Source of the DNA: Squalus acanthias
Taxonomy: Eukaryota
Direction: 5' to 3'
DNA length: 64,000 nucleotides
NCBI GenBank assembly: GCA_030390025.1
Contig: CM059425.1
Coordinates: 30,320,001-30,384,000, forward strand
Shown here: positions 37,809 to 49,654 of the stretch, in pieces
How positions within the stretch are numbered: the first letter of the stretch is position 1
How the letters are laid out: every line of letters starts with the position of its first letter
Position numbers and translations under genes: made by a program
Notes under the pieces: generated by a model
What the model was told of the DNA's origin: nothing
Seen by the model: only the letters and a program-made list of their open reading frames with translations
Databases searched by the model: none

Positions 37809-38450
37809 AGTGATGTCCAGCTTTCAGTTTTACAAGAATGTTGGTTAATATATTAAAGAATAACTCCAGTTTATCAAAATCCTATTCAACGTTAACAATG
37901 AGACCCAAAGTTATCTACCATATTTGAGCTGTCATTAATTATGAGACAGGAAGCCATGCTACTCCCACCCTTACACTGCTACATTAAATCCATAGCCATT
38001 AAATATTTTATTTTATATTAATTGGCTGCAGTTGCTCCTACATCTGAACTCAGCTGCCATGCCACTGGACACATTTATAGAACTGAGGCCAGAAGCAAAC
38101 TAATATGTAGCACCTGATGCATAATTTTAACAAAGCTTATAGTAGTTGATAAAAAGATCCTTAAATTCCCCTAAAGTTTTTGTCCCTCCAGAATTAATTT
38201 AATTAATTAGCCCCGGGTTCAGATCTGTCCATTATTAGAGATATTTTAATATTGTCTTGTGCAGAAATGTTGGTGCACACATATATTACACATCATACAG
38301 TCTTCTAAAATGATTTGTACATCAAATTAAATTCTTGGCAGTATAATCGGTTTGCTACATTATTTCATTACTCATCTGAATAAGTTTAGCAGCCTCCCCA
38401 TTGGATTTGTAGCTAGTTCTTCCTTTGCCATTTTATTCCAAATAGCTAAT

Positions 38451-39125
38451 GGGCCATATTTTGCGACCCGTACGTGTGCATCGGAGGTGTGTACGCACAC
38501 ATAGGGGCCACGCAAATTCTGGGTTTAGGCATGCGAAGCACATGCGCTAAAATCTGGAACTTGCAGTCTGTCAATCTTCTTGACAGATCCTCCGCATCCC
38601 TGGGAGATGGCCCTCTGCTTTTACCAGCATAAGAGTTTTAAAAATAGAAAAATAAAATGTTATCACTCATTTATACATTAAAAACCCTGTCCAATAAGGT
38701 AAGTTTATTTTTAGCCCCATTAAAACATCTAAAAAAAAAATTCACAAAATTAAATTTTCGTTTCAAATATTTAATTAAATGGCATTTTAATTAATTTTAA
38801 ATATGTAATTTAAAAAAAATTATTTCATGTGTTCGTGTATTTTTTAAGTGATCCCATTCATACTTATGTCAGTTCCGTACGTACGAAATTCCCATAAGTA
38901 TGAATGGGGATTCCCTTCTTTTATTGGTTGGGCCGGCCCACGTGATCCCAGGGGCGCTTGCGAACTGCCTGCACCCCTGGGATACCTGGGCCTCTGCCTG
39001 CGTGTACCCGGAGAGGCCCAGGAACGCAAGACTCCGTATCTCCCGGGCCACCAGGTAAATCCGTAGATTTTTTACAGGTCGGAGGCATCCGCCCGCGGGA
39101 AACCTCCGATCGCAAATTTTGGGCC
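38451..39125. mobile_element. Harbinger-type MITE
   Basis: Imperfect TIRs GGGCCATATTTTGCGACC and GATCGCAAATTTTGGGCC; exact TSD AAT. Confidence 0.8.
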
Positions 39126-39924
39126 AATGTCTGTTCTTTTTGTGTGAGCCTCTCGGGATTATGAGCCTTCTGCATCAACCACGTATCAACATGACATTCC
39201 TAAGAGGACTATATATTGACTCTCATTAACTGAATAGTAAAGGACAGTCAACATAGCTACACTTTTTTTTATCAACTCCAATGTGAGTTGCCTTGAACCT
39301 TGTTACCACTAAAATCTATAACCTGGGTAATATACAATAGAAAGCAGCTAAAGTCAGAGTCCACATATGTGCATTATATATATACTTTTTACATTGAGAA
39401 AATATGTTCTATACAGAGCTAGTAGATGTATTTTGATACCAGCTGGTGCAGCAGTAATTTCTAATGACTTGGGACCTATTGTTCTAGTTTATATTTTCAA
39501 CTAATTAGTATATAAATATTTCAACAAAGTTATATTACACATTCGACATATTGCAAAGGTTTACTAACATTCTTTTCCTAAGCCTCGAAGTTAATGTATA
39601 ATATTTAGAAGAGATAGCAGTGTGAAATATTTAATTAGAAATTACCTATTTAAAAATTTCCGTTAACAGTTTAATATTTTTGGGTTCAGCTATTCAGAGA
39701 TAATGCAATGCTGCGTACATTAGTACTTTTCGTTTCATATTGGTCACAAGAGAATCATTTATACAGCATTAAATAAAGACATCTCTGCGCAGTTAAAGGC
39801 AAAGTCAGTAATTCGTCCATAGATTTATACAATTACTCTCCCTGAGTATTAAACTTTTAATCATATCAACCTTTGCAAAAAGCTTTAACACTAGCAGTTC
39901 CAGGTTAAAGTCTGTAATTCTGCA

Positions 39925-40047
39925 GAAGCACTCGAGAAAATACAGGAACGATTTACAAGGATGTTACCAGAATTGAGAGGATGCAGCTATCAGGAAAGGT
40001 TGAGCAGGCTGGGGCTCTTTCCTCTAGAAAAGAGAAGACTAAGAGGG
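39925..40047 (+). mobile_element. CR1 internal fragment abutting the truncated Harbinger transposase
   Basis: LEKIQERFTRMLPELRGCSYQERLSRLGLF. Confidence 0.7.
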
Positions 40048-40048
40048 A

Positions 40049-41126
40049 GTGGAAAACGTGGGCAGAGGGAGGAGGGCCAACCCTCCTAAGGTATTCCGGG
40101 AGCAATTCTCATATATCCATCTGTCCGAGGAGCAGTGTTTTAGAAGGCTCCGCTTCAGCAAGGAGGTGGTCACAGAGCTCTGCCACCTCCTGCAACCAGA
40201 GCTCGAGCCTCAGCTCAGGACCAGGACGTCTCTGTCGGTGGCAGTGAAGGTGACAGTGGCTCTCAATTTCTACGCCAGTGGCTCCTTCCAGGCTTCCACA
40301 GGAGATATTACGAACATCTCCCAGTTCGCCGTCCATTGTTGCTTCCGGGAGGTCACAAATGCTCTATACCAAAGGAGAAGGGAGTATATCGCATTCCCCA
40401 TGACCCGAGACAAACAGCGTGAATGCGCATGTGGCTTCGCTAGGATAGCGGGCTTCCCCGTGATTCAGCGCGCCATTGACTGCACACACGTGGCATTGTG
40501 GGCCCCTCATGAAAATGCAGAGGTTTTCCGCAACCGCAAAGGCTGCCACTCTCTGAACGTGCAGTTGGTGTGCGACCACAGACAACGCATCCTCGCCGTC
40601 AAATGCCCGCTATCCTGGCAGCAGTCACGATGCATTCATCCTGCACCAGACTGGTGTCCCAGAAATGTTCCAACCACCGCATCAAGCTCGCAGCTGGCTC
40701 CTCGGGGACAAGGGTTATCCACTCTGCACCTGGCTGATGACTCCGCTCCGTAACCCCAACACTCCTGCTGAGCTCGCATACAATGAGAGCCATAGCGCCA
40801 CTAGGAACCTCATTGAGCAGACTATCGGCGTGCTGAAGCAATGGTTCCGGTGACTTGACCACTCTGGAGCCCTGCAGTACTGCCCTGATTGAGTATCGTT
40901 TTTCATTGTTGTGTGCTGCATGCTTCACAACCTCGCAATTCTGAGGACACAGCCATTGCCAGCAGGGATTGGTGGACCACCTCAGGAGGAGGAAGAGGGA
41001 GCGGAGGAGGAGGAGGCGGAGGAGGAGAATGAAGAGGAGGATGAGCAGCAACAATGTGGGAGGGAGGCGCTCAATGTTGCTTCTGCACGGGCCGTTCGTG
41101 AACGCCTCAAAAGACACCGCTTCTGA
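40049..41126 (+). pseudogene. PIF/Harbinger DDE transposase (HARBI1-like), 5'-truncated, with a frameshift near 40600 and stops at ~40851 and ~40889
   Basis: Motifs [81 protein letters not shown] and CCMLHNL, followed by an acidic tail. Confidence 0.93.
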
Positions 41127-41241
41127 TGAATGACAGAGAAGATGGCTTTTCGGATAACCAAGCACATCATTACAGCCATCCCGCAGCCCCTATTACCAGG
41201 CAAAGCTCCAATGAGTAAAATGAGCAAAGTTGCAACGTTTC

Positions 41242-41257
41242 AATAAAAATGTTTATT
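41242..41257. terminator. Back-to-back polyadenylation signals of the convergent Harbinger genes
   Basis: AATAAA on + at 41242-41247 and AATAAA on - at 41252-41257, between the two stop codons (41126 and 41415). Confidence 0.65.
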
Positions 41258-41414
41258 TTTCTGAACAACTGTGTCACAACCAATAACAAACAAACACAAC
41301 AATTCATTAACAAACAAAACTGGTTCTTACCACATCGAGATAAGTCTTAACAGAGTGAACAATATATTAACATACACATCCAACTTTGGGACAAACATTC
41401 CCCCCATTTTTCCC

Positions 41415-44249
41415 CTAAGCCGTTGCATTGCCTCGGCCTGTGCTGCAATAGATGCTGCCTGCCTCACCCATTACACGTGGCATGGGGTCTGGGTCCCCAC
41501 GGTCTCTCTGCAATTCAACCATCCTCTGCAACGAGGCAAGGATGGGTTCAAGGGTTTGCACATAGATGACAGCTGTGCTGGCGGCGGACTCCTCCACGCT
41601 CCTAGCCAGTGCATCCATGTTGTCGGGCACCCTTGCCATTTCACCCATGAGCTCAGTATGCATGCTCATCGCCTGAGTATTCATCACCCTGATATCGAGG
41701 TCCTCATTCGAGTCCTGTGCAGCAGAACTCGTGCGTGCACTCACCCTCCGGGGAAATGGCCCCCGAGCTTCCCTTCCCCCATGGCATTGCTGCAGTCCGC
41801 TGGGTCCCAGAGCTTCACCCACATCAGATCCAAATTCCTTGCTCCCCTCCAGTGAACGCGTGGCCCCAGTATCGGATGTCTCGCCCTTGGGAGACGCAGG
41901 ACTTGAGGCACCGGCTTCATGTTCCTCCTCCTCTCCCGCGTCGCTGCCACTGGGAGGCTCAGGGACAGACTGGTCAGATGGTGGCTCACTATCTGAAAGC
42001 AGGAAGGTACAAGAGTAGCTTTAATGTGAGGGCAGGGGGGCAGGAAGGGAGCAAGGAATGGAGACAATATATTTAGATGGAAAGTGGGAAAGGTTGGTGT
42101 TGTGAGGGGGAAGTGGTATGAGAGAGGAGATAAAGATGATGAACATACCATTGCTGTCCTGAAGGGGGTCGACCTCTCCAAGTGCCACAGCGCCCACAAC
42201 ATGACTGGCGATGAGTCTGTGAACTTGCTCCTCCAGCTGTGTGAGGGGCTGCAGCTCCACCTGACCTCCTCCCATGCGTTGTTGCTCCCTCCGGTTATGA
42301 GAAAGCTTGGCCTGCAAGAAAAAGGAACGCGTGTGATTGAGTGTGCAGCCATGTGTTTGCCAGATGTGCCTACCATAGTCGAATAGCTGTTAATGTCTGC
42401 AAGGTGTGGGATGTGGATGTGACTTTTAGTAGATAGTCATAGTTGTTGGGTGAGTGTTGGGGATTTGGCAGTTTATACCGTCTGTGCACAGAGTGAGGTT
42501 GAGATGGTGGGATGTAGAGGTATTTCATGCATCTACTCACCCATACCACCCGAGTGAGATCATTGAACTTCTTGTGGCACTGCGTGTACGTCCTTTGGAC
42601 CAGGCTCCTGGATAAAACGTACTGGGCAACCTCCCTCCACACCCTTGTAAACTCCAGGGGCAATGGCCTCCTGCTCTCTCCCCTCTCCTCAAAAAACCAA
42701 CCCTTGACCCCCTCCGTCCTTGCAAACTACCGCCCCATCTCCAACCTCCCTTTCCTTTCCAAAGTCCTTGAACGTGTTGTCGCCTCCCAAATCCGTGCCC
42801 ATCTTTCCCGCAATTCCATGTTTGAATCTCTCCAATCAGGTTTCCGCCCCGCCACAGGACCGAAAGGACTCTCATCAAAGTCACAAATGACATCCTTTGT
42901 GACTGTGACAAAGGTAAACTAACCCTCCTCATCCTTCTCGACTTGTCTGCAGCCTTTGACATGGTTGACCACTTCATCCTTCTCCAACGCCTCTCCACCG
43001 TCGTCCAGCTGGGTGGGACTGCTCTCACCTGGTTCCATTCATATCTATCTAACCGTAGCCAGAGAACCACCTGTAACGACTTCTCTTCCCACTCCCGCAT
43101 CGTTACCTCTGGAGTCCCCCAAGAATCTATCCTTGGCCCCCTCCTATTTCTCATCTACATGTTGCCCCTTGGCGACAACATCTGAAAACACAGCGTCAGT
43201 TTCCACATGTATGCTGATGACACCCAGCTCGACCTCACTACCTCTTCTCTCGACTCCTCCATGGTCTCTAAGTTGTCACATTGCTTGTCCGATGTCCAGT
43301 TCTGGATGAACAGAAATTTTCTCCAATTCAATATTGGGAAGACTGAAGCCATTGCTTTCGGTCCCCGCCACAAACTCCGTTCCCTAGCCACTGACTCCAT
43401 CCCTCTCCCTAACATCTGTCTGAGGCTGAACCACAATGTTCGCAACCTTGTTGTCATATTTGACCATGAAATGAGCTTCCGACCACATATCCGCAGCATA
43501 ACTAAGACCGCCTATTTCCACCTCCGAAACATCGCCCGTCTCCGCCCTTGCCTCAGCTCATCCGCTGCTGAAATCCTCATCTATGCCTTTGTTACCTCTA
43601 GTCTTGACTATTCCAATGCACTCCTGGCTGGCACATTCTACCCTATGTAAACTTGAGGTCATCCAAAACTCGGCTGCCCATGTCCTAACTCCCACCAAGT
43701 CCCGTTCGCCCATCACCCCTGTGCTCGCTGACCTACATTGGCTCCCGGTTAAGCAACGCCTCGATTTCAAAATTCTCATCCTTGTTTTCAAATCCCTCCA
43801 TGGCCTCGCTCCTCTCTATCTCTGTAATCTCCTTCAGTCCCACAACCCCCCCGAGATATCTGTGCTCCTCTAATTCTGCCCTCTTGAGCATCCCTGATTA
43901 TAATCGCTCAACCATTGGTGGCCATGCCTTCTGTTGTCTAGGCCCTAATCTCTGGAATTCCCTGCCTAAACCTCTGCGCCTCTCTACCTCTCTTTCCTCC
44001 TTTAAGACGCTCCTTAAAACCTACCTCTTTGACCAAGCTTTTGGTCACCTGCCCTAATTTCTCCTTATGTGGCTCAGTGTCAAATTTTATTGTCTTATAA
44101 TACTCCTGTGCAGCGCCTTGGGACGTTTTACTACGTTAAAGGCGCTATATAAATACAAGTTGTTGTTGTTGTTCCACAGCGGCAACCAGAGCCACCAAAG
44201 CCTGGTCGCTAAACCGGCGAGCTCTCTCCCTGGGCCTCTGAGTAGCCAT
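41415..44249 (-). pseudogene. Harbinger Myb/SANT DNA-binding protein gene (NAIF1-like), three exons: 44249-42541 (split by L2), 42311-42149 and 41992-41415
   Basis: MATQRPRERARRFSDQALVALVAAVE [L2] GESRRPLPLEFTRVWREVAQ...QRTYTQCHKKFNDLTRVVW | AKLSHNRREQQRMGGG... | DSEPPS... Both introns (42540-42312 and 42148-41993) are GT-AG and the reading frame is preserved. Confidence 0.85.
42680..44172 (+). mobile_element. 5'-truncated L2 LINE inserted into Myb exon 1
   Basis: NYRPISNLPFLSKVLERVV, LDLSAAFD, GVPQESILGPLLFLIY, MYADDTQL, LHWLPV and LKTYLFDQAF; tail CTATATAAATACAAG(TTG)n. Confidence 0.95.
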
Positions 44250-44352
44250 GATAATCTTGGCTGCAGATTTACACCTCCTTGCAGGCCTAGGTCAAACGAA
44301 GCAATGAGCAGGGTGTGGCTGTGCAGCATGATGGACCCTTCCCTTTAAGAAC

Positions 44353-45907
44353 CTACATCCTAGAGTTTTGAAAGAGGTGGCTATAGAGATAGTGGATGCA
44401 TTGATTGTCATTTTCCAAAATTCCATAGATTCTGGAATGGTTCCCGCAGATTGGAAGGTAGCAAATGTAACCCCACTATTTAAGAAAGGAGTGAGAGAGA
44501 AAACGGGGAACTACAGGCCAGTTAGCCTGACATCAGTAGTAGGGAAAATACTAGAATCTATTATTAAGGACGCGGTAACAGGGCACTTAGAAAATAATAA
44601 TAGGATTGGGCAGAGTCAACGCGGATTTATGGAAGGAAAATCATGTTTGACAAATCTGCTAAGAGTTTTTTGAGGGTGTAACTAGCAGAATAGATAAGGG
44701 GGAACCAGTGGATGTGGTGTATTTGGATTTTGAGAAGGCATTAGATAAGGTGCCACACAAGAGGTTATTAAACAAAATTAGGGCTCATGGGATTGGGGCT
44801 AATATACTAGCATGGATTGAGGATTGGTTAACGGACAGAAAACAGAGAGTAGGAATAAACGGGTCATTTTCGGGTTGGCAGGCTGTAACTCGTGGGGTAC
44901 CACAAGGATCAGTGCTTGGGCCTCAGCTATTCACAATCTACATCAATGACTTGGATGAGGGGACCAATAGTAATATATCCAAGTTTGCTGATGATACAAA
45001 GCTGGGTGGGAATGTGAGTTGTGAGGAGGATGCAAGGAGGCTTCAAGGGGATATAGACAGGCTAAGTGAGTGGGCAAGAACATGGCAAATGGAATATAAT
45101 GTGGAGAAATGCGATGTTATCCACTTTGGTAGGAAAAATAGAAAAGCAGAGTATTTTTTAAATGGTGAGAGATTGGGAAATGTTGGTGTTCAGAAGGACC
45201 TGGGTGTCTTTGTACACGAATCACTGAAAGTTAACATGCAGGTACAGCAAGCAATTAAGAAAGCAAATAGTATGTTGGCCTTTATTACAAGAGGATTTGA
45301 GTATAAGAGTAAAGACGTCTTACTGCAATTGTATAGGGCCCTGGTGAGACCACACCTGGAGTATTGTGTACAGTTTTGGTCTCCTTACCTAAGGAAGGAT
45401 ATACTTGCCATAGAGGGAGTGCAACGAAGGTTCACCAGACTGATTCCTGGGATGGGGGAATTGTCCTATGAGGAGAAATTGAGTAGGCTAGGCCAATATT
45501 CTCTAGAGTTTAGAAGAATGAGAGGTGATCTCATTGAAACACACAAAATTCTTACAGGGCTTGACAGGGTAGATGTAGGGAGGATGTTTCCCTTGGCTGG
45601 GGAGTCTAGAACCAGGGGTCACAGTCTCAGAATAAGGGGTCAGCCATTTAGGACTGAGATGAGGAGAAATTTCTTCACTCAGAGGGTGGTGAACCTGTGG
45701 AATTCTCTACCCCAGAGGGCTGTGGAGGCTCAGTCGTTGAGTATATTCAAGACAGAGATCGATAGATTTTTGAATATTAAGGGAATCAAGGGATATGGGG
45801 ATAGTGCAGGAAAGTGGAGATGAGGTAGAAGATCAGCCATGATCTTATTGAATGGTGGAGCAGGCTCGAAGGGCCAAATGGCCTACTCCTACTCCTATTT
45901 CTTATGT
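44353..45907 (+). mobile_element. 5'-truncated young CR1 LINE inserted into the Harbinger right arm
   Basis: ORFs 44368-44673 and 44708-45823 (371 aa of RT, one frameshift in a T run). AAC is duplicated at 44350-44352 and 45908-45910, and the empty site ccctttaagaactgg is seen at ~8375-8390. Confidence 0.95.
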
Positions 45908-46163
45908 AACTGGAAGGCACCAGTATGTCTGATTACCAAGTAATTGACATCGCCCGAGCTTGAGTAGCGCTCTGAGGTAGCGCCCCGTTCCCCGACGTTA
46001 GCGCCCTAAGAGAGGTGTGTAGCTCTTGATTTAGCACTCCAATAAACCTCCAGGGGCGCTGGAGACTACTTTTCCGGTTGCCATGATAATTTGCGCTGGG
46101 TGCTAAATTTTGCGCCTGGCCGATATTAGCACCCCAAAATGGGCGATACCGAATTTTTCCCCC
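45908..46163 (+). mobile_element. Harbinger right end with 13-bp TIR
   Basis: GAATTTTTCCCCC (46151-46163) is the exact reverse complement of GGGGGAAAAATTC at 63355-63367. Confidence 0.85.
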
Positions 46164-47165
46164 ATGGAGTATTAATACCAGCATAGACCAGTTGGGCTAA
46201 ATTGCCTGTTTCAGTGCTGTAAATTCTGAGGCAGGGATTTTAGTTACCTCGGCGGGTCCAGTGCAGCCGGTGTCAGTAGCAGGTCGCGGCCCCTGCTGGC
46301 TCCATCCCACTATCTAAAATGAACTTACTTCAATGGGGCTTGTTAAGCCCGGCCAGCGCGTTTCATGGTCCAATTAGAGGAAGCGGGTCTGGTGACGTCA
46401 TTCATGATGCATCATCAGCCGGTTTCCTTAAAAGGGACCATGGCCACATTTCTTTTGATGTTTGTGCTGTCAGTGTTCTACAGCATTGAAGTGCTGCAAA
46501 TACTAACAATGACTGCACAGAGGCAGAGCACGCAGCGAGGTCCTCTTCCCTTCCGATGGGCGGAAGAGACCTCCTCAGGAGATCAACACAGCCTGGTTGC
46601 ACATTGCAGAGGAGGTCACAAGCATGGATGTGGTCAGGAGGACCTGGGTGCAGTGGCGCAAACATTTCAATGATCTCAGTAGATCATGAAACGTTAGTAC
46701 AAAGCCACACACAACCTCATCCTGCTGTGCCTCTCATCACATCTCCATCACTCTGCCTTCCCTATCCTACTCCTGCACATCCTTACTCACACCAACTTAA
46801 CTTGCACCTCCACCCATCCCTCTCTATCTACATTATCACATCCCCATCTTATTAGCCACCCCTCACACTCACCCTCATCCTAGTGCAATCATGCCAACTA
46901 ACAACACACAAGGGTAGCCACTTGGCTGTTTTATCCAATGTTTATGCAAAGTTTGTATTAATGTGGTGTCAAACATTGAAATCTTTATTTTCAACATTTT
47001 CTGGTCTTGGACAGATTTGTGTGCACCTTTGGAAGTGGCTTAGTGAGTTGCAGTGAATGGTGAGACATAATGGTGATGAGTGTGAAAGGAATGGCTTGGG
47101 CATTGTAGGGATGCTCATATGGCAGCCAGAGTGTACAGCGTAATGTTAAGTAAATCTGGCCATGA

Positions 47166-48070
47166 TTTTTTTTTTATTCGCTTATGGGATGTGGGCGAAG
47201 TTGGCAAGGCCAACATTTATTGCCCATCCCTAGTTGCCCTTGAGAAGGTGGTGGTGAGCCGCCTTCTTGAACTGCTGCAGTCTGTGTGGTGAAGGTACTC
47301 CCACAGTGCTGTTAGGTAAGGAGTTCCAGGATTTTGACCCAGCAACGATGAAGGATCGGCGATATATTTCTAAGTCAGGATGGTGTGTGACTTGGAGGGT
47401 AACTTGGAGGTGGTGGTGTTCCCATGCGCCTGCTGCCCTTGTCCTTCTAGGTGGAAGAGGTCACGGGTTTGGGAGGTGTTGCCGAAGAAGCCTTGGCGAG
47501 TTGCTGCAGTGCATCTTGTAGATGGTACACACTGCAGCACGGTATGGTGGAGGGGGTGAATGTTTAAGGTGGTGCCAATCAAACAGGCTGCTTTGTCTTG
47601 GATGGTGTCAAGCTTCTTGAGTGTTGTTGGAGCTGCACTCATCCAGGCAAGTCGAGAGTATTCCATCACACTCCTTACTTGTGCCTTGTAGATGGTGGAA
47701 AGGCTTTGGGGAGTCAGGAGGTGAGACACTCGCCACAGAATACCTAGCCTCTGACCTGCTCTTGTTACCACAGTATTTATGTGGCTTGTCCAGTTAAGTT
47801 TCTGGTCAATGGTGACCCCCAGGATATTGATGATGGGGGATTCGCCGATGGTAATACCGTTGAATGTCAAGGGGCAGTGGTTAGACTCTCGCTTGTTGGA
47901 GATAGTCATTGCCTGGCACTTCTGTGTCACGAATGTTATCTGCCACTTATCAGCCCAAGCTTGAACGTCGTCCAGGTCCTGTTGCATGCGGGCATGGACT
48001 GCTTCAGTATCTGAGGAGTTGTGAATGCCGCTGAACACTGTGCAGTCATCAGCGAACGTCCCCATTTCTG
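47166..48070 (-). mobile_element. 5'-truncated CR1-group (Zenon/Crack-like) LINE
   Basis: FADDCTVFS...WADKWQITF...ILGVTIDQKLNW...IYKAQVRSVMEYS...LDTIQDKA; A-rich tail at 47166-47175. Confidence 0.9.
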
Positions 48071-48574
48071 GCCTCCCGGGCAGCAATGTGCTCGGGCGCT
48101 GATGCCCTCTGTCTTGTGCAGCATCAGGTGATGGTGGAGAAGGTTGTTGTTGTTGGTGCTGTTGGTGTGCCTGGTGCCACTGGTGTTGGGGCTCATCATG
48201 GTTTGATTCTGAGTACCAAGGTGAGACTGTATAAACGGCACCCATGCCGATGGAATAGATGGGGATGAAGTACAGGTAATGGAAGCGATCTGTCAATGAT
48301 GAGAGAGGTAATGAGGTGAGAGTGGACGGAGAGTTTGGTGAAAACTCTTGCAGCCTGCTGATTCTGTTCTGGAAATGCAGGGAGGAACAGCTTGCGACTG
48401 AGGAAAGTGATCATCTGTCAAGTGGGATCTTTTACATAAGAACATAAGAAATAGGAGCAGGAGTCGGCCATTTGGCCCTCGAGCCTGCTCCGCCATTCAA
48501 TAAGATCATGGCTGATCTTCTACCTCAACTCCACCTTCCCGCACTATCCCCATATCCCTTAATTTCCTTAGTTC

Positions 48575-49654
48575 TGTTAGATTCGAATTTGGGACTTTTT
48601 CACAGGGGCCCACTTCTGACACCGGGACTAATTAAAGTCCTAAGAGGTCACCCCTGCTCCGGGTTTTACACAGGGGCCCACTTCTGACACCGGGACTAAT
48701 TGAAGTCCTAAGAGGTCACCCCTGCTCCCGGCATCCCAATTACTCACCAACGGGCCTTACTGTTACATCGAATTTGGAGCAAAACCAGACGGAGACGGAA
48801 CTGAAGACAAAGTAAAAGTTTATTAGAAACTAGCCAGAAGGCTTTGTGCACAAAGAGAGAGAGGTTGATCTCCTCAGACTCGAACCCAACTCTCAAATGA
48901 AAAACTACATACAAGCATTGATATACCTTTCGATAGGCAACACCCACAGGTTACAAAAGTGGGCGTACACATACAAACAACGTCGCTACCATTGCTCCCT
49001 TATTGGTTAATGATCAGTCACTCAATGTTGGGAGCTGCCTTGAAATGTTCTGTGACATTAAACATAACACATAGTTGTTATACATGGGGCCTTCATCTAG
49101 TCTCTGGGAGCGAGGTCTACCAGACACCATCTTGTCTCTCAAACAAGGTCGTACCACGCTTATCTCTCCTTTCCCATATTGTTGTATCTGACCAATACTT
49201 CGTTAATTCTCGAGAAAAGCTTATTATGGTACACAATGTCAGCTCCAAAGGGAGATAAGGTGTTTGAGACCAAGAGAGAAATGTCCGACTCCCTGTACAG
49301 TTCAGTTTCCCTTATCTCTTCAGAAGGCCAACTACACATAAACACTGCTTCTGTAGCACTGATAATTACCTTCTAAAATGCCTGGAAATCAGTGCTGTGG
49401 CACCAATAGTCTGGCTTCTTGTAAGCAGCGATTCTTACAGTACTATTTAAAAGGGTTAATATAATGAACCAAATAGTCCATCATGCTTTGCAACTATCTA
49501 AAAGCTATATGTACGTATTGATATCTCTCTATAAGTGAATTAACTATCCTTTAAACATGATTTCTAATATTATTGCCCTACAGCCTTGGTTAATATATAT
49601 TTAAAGACTAAGGGGTATAGGTTTCGTTTCACAGGCCTAATTTGCGATCCCACA
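48575..49654 (-). mobile_element. Solo LTR (1080 bp), ERV- or Gypsy-type
   Basis: TG...CA termini, 4-bp TSD GTTC (48571-48574 and 49655-49658), imperfect inverted ends and AATAAA on the minus strand at 48819-48824. Confidence 0.8.
48601..48728. repeat. Tandem duplication (68-bp period) inside the LTR
   Basis: cacaggggcccacttctgacaccgggactaatt(a/g)aagtcctaagaggtcacccctgctcc at 48601 and 48669, differing by one base in 60 bp. Confidence 0.95.

Noticed and set aside
40049..41126. Domesticated host HARBI1 gene
   Set aside because: It has a frameshift, internal stops and a 5' truncation, and it is linked to a Myb gene and a TIR, so it is a dead transposon copy.
47370..48296. 308-aa ORF that looks like a Q-rich domain fused to an RT
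   Set aside because: It is a chance in-frame junction between a Harbinger remnant and a 5'-truncated LINE, and the RT lacks its N-terminal domains.
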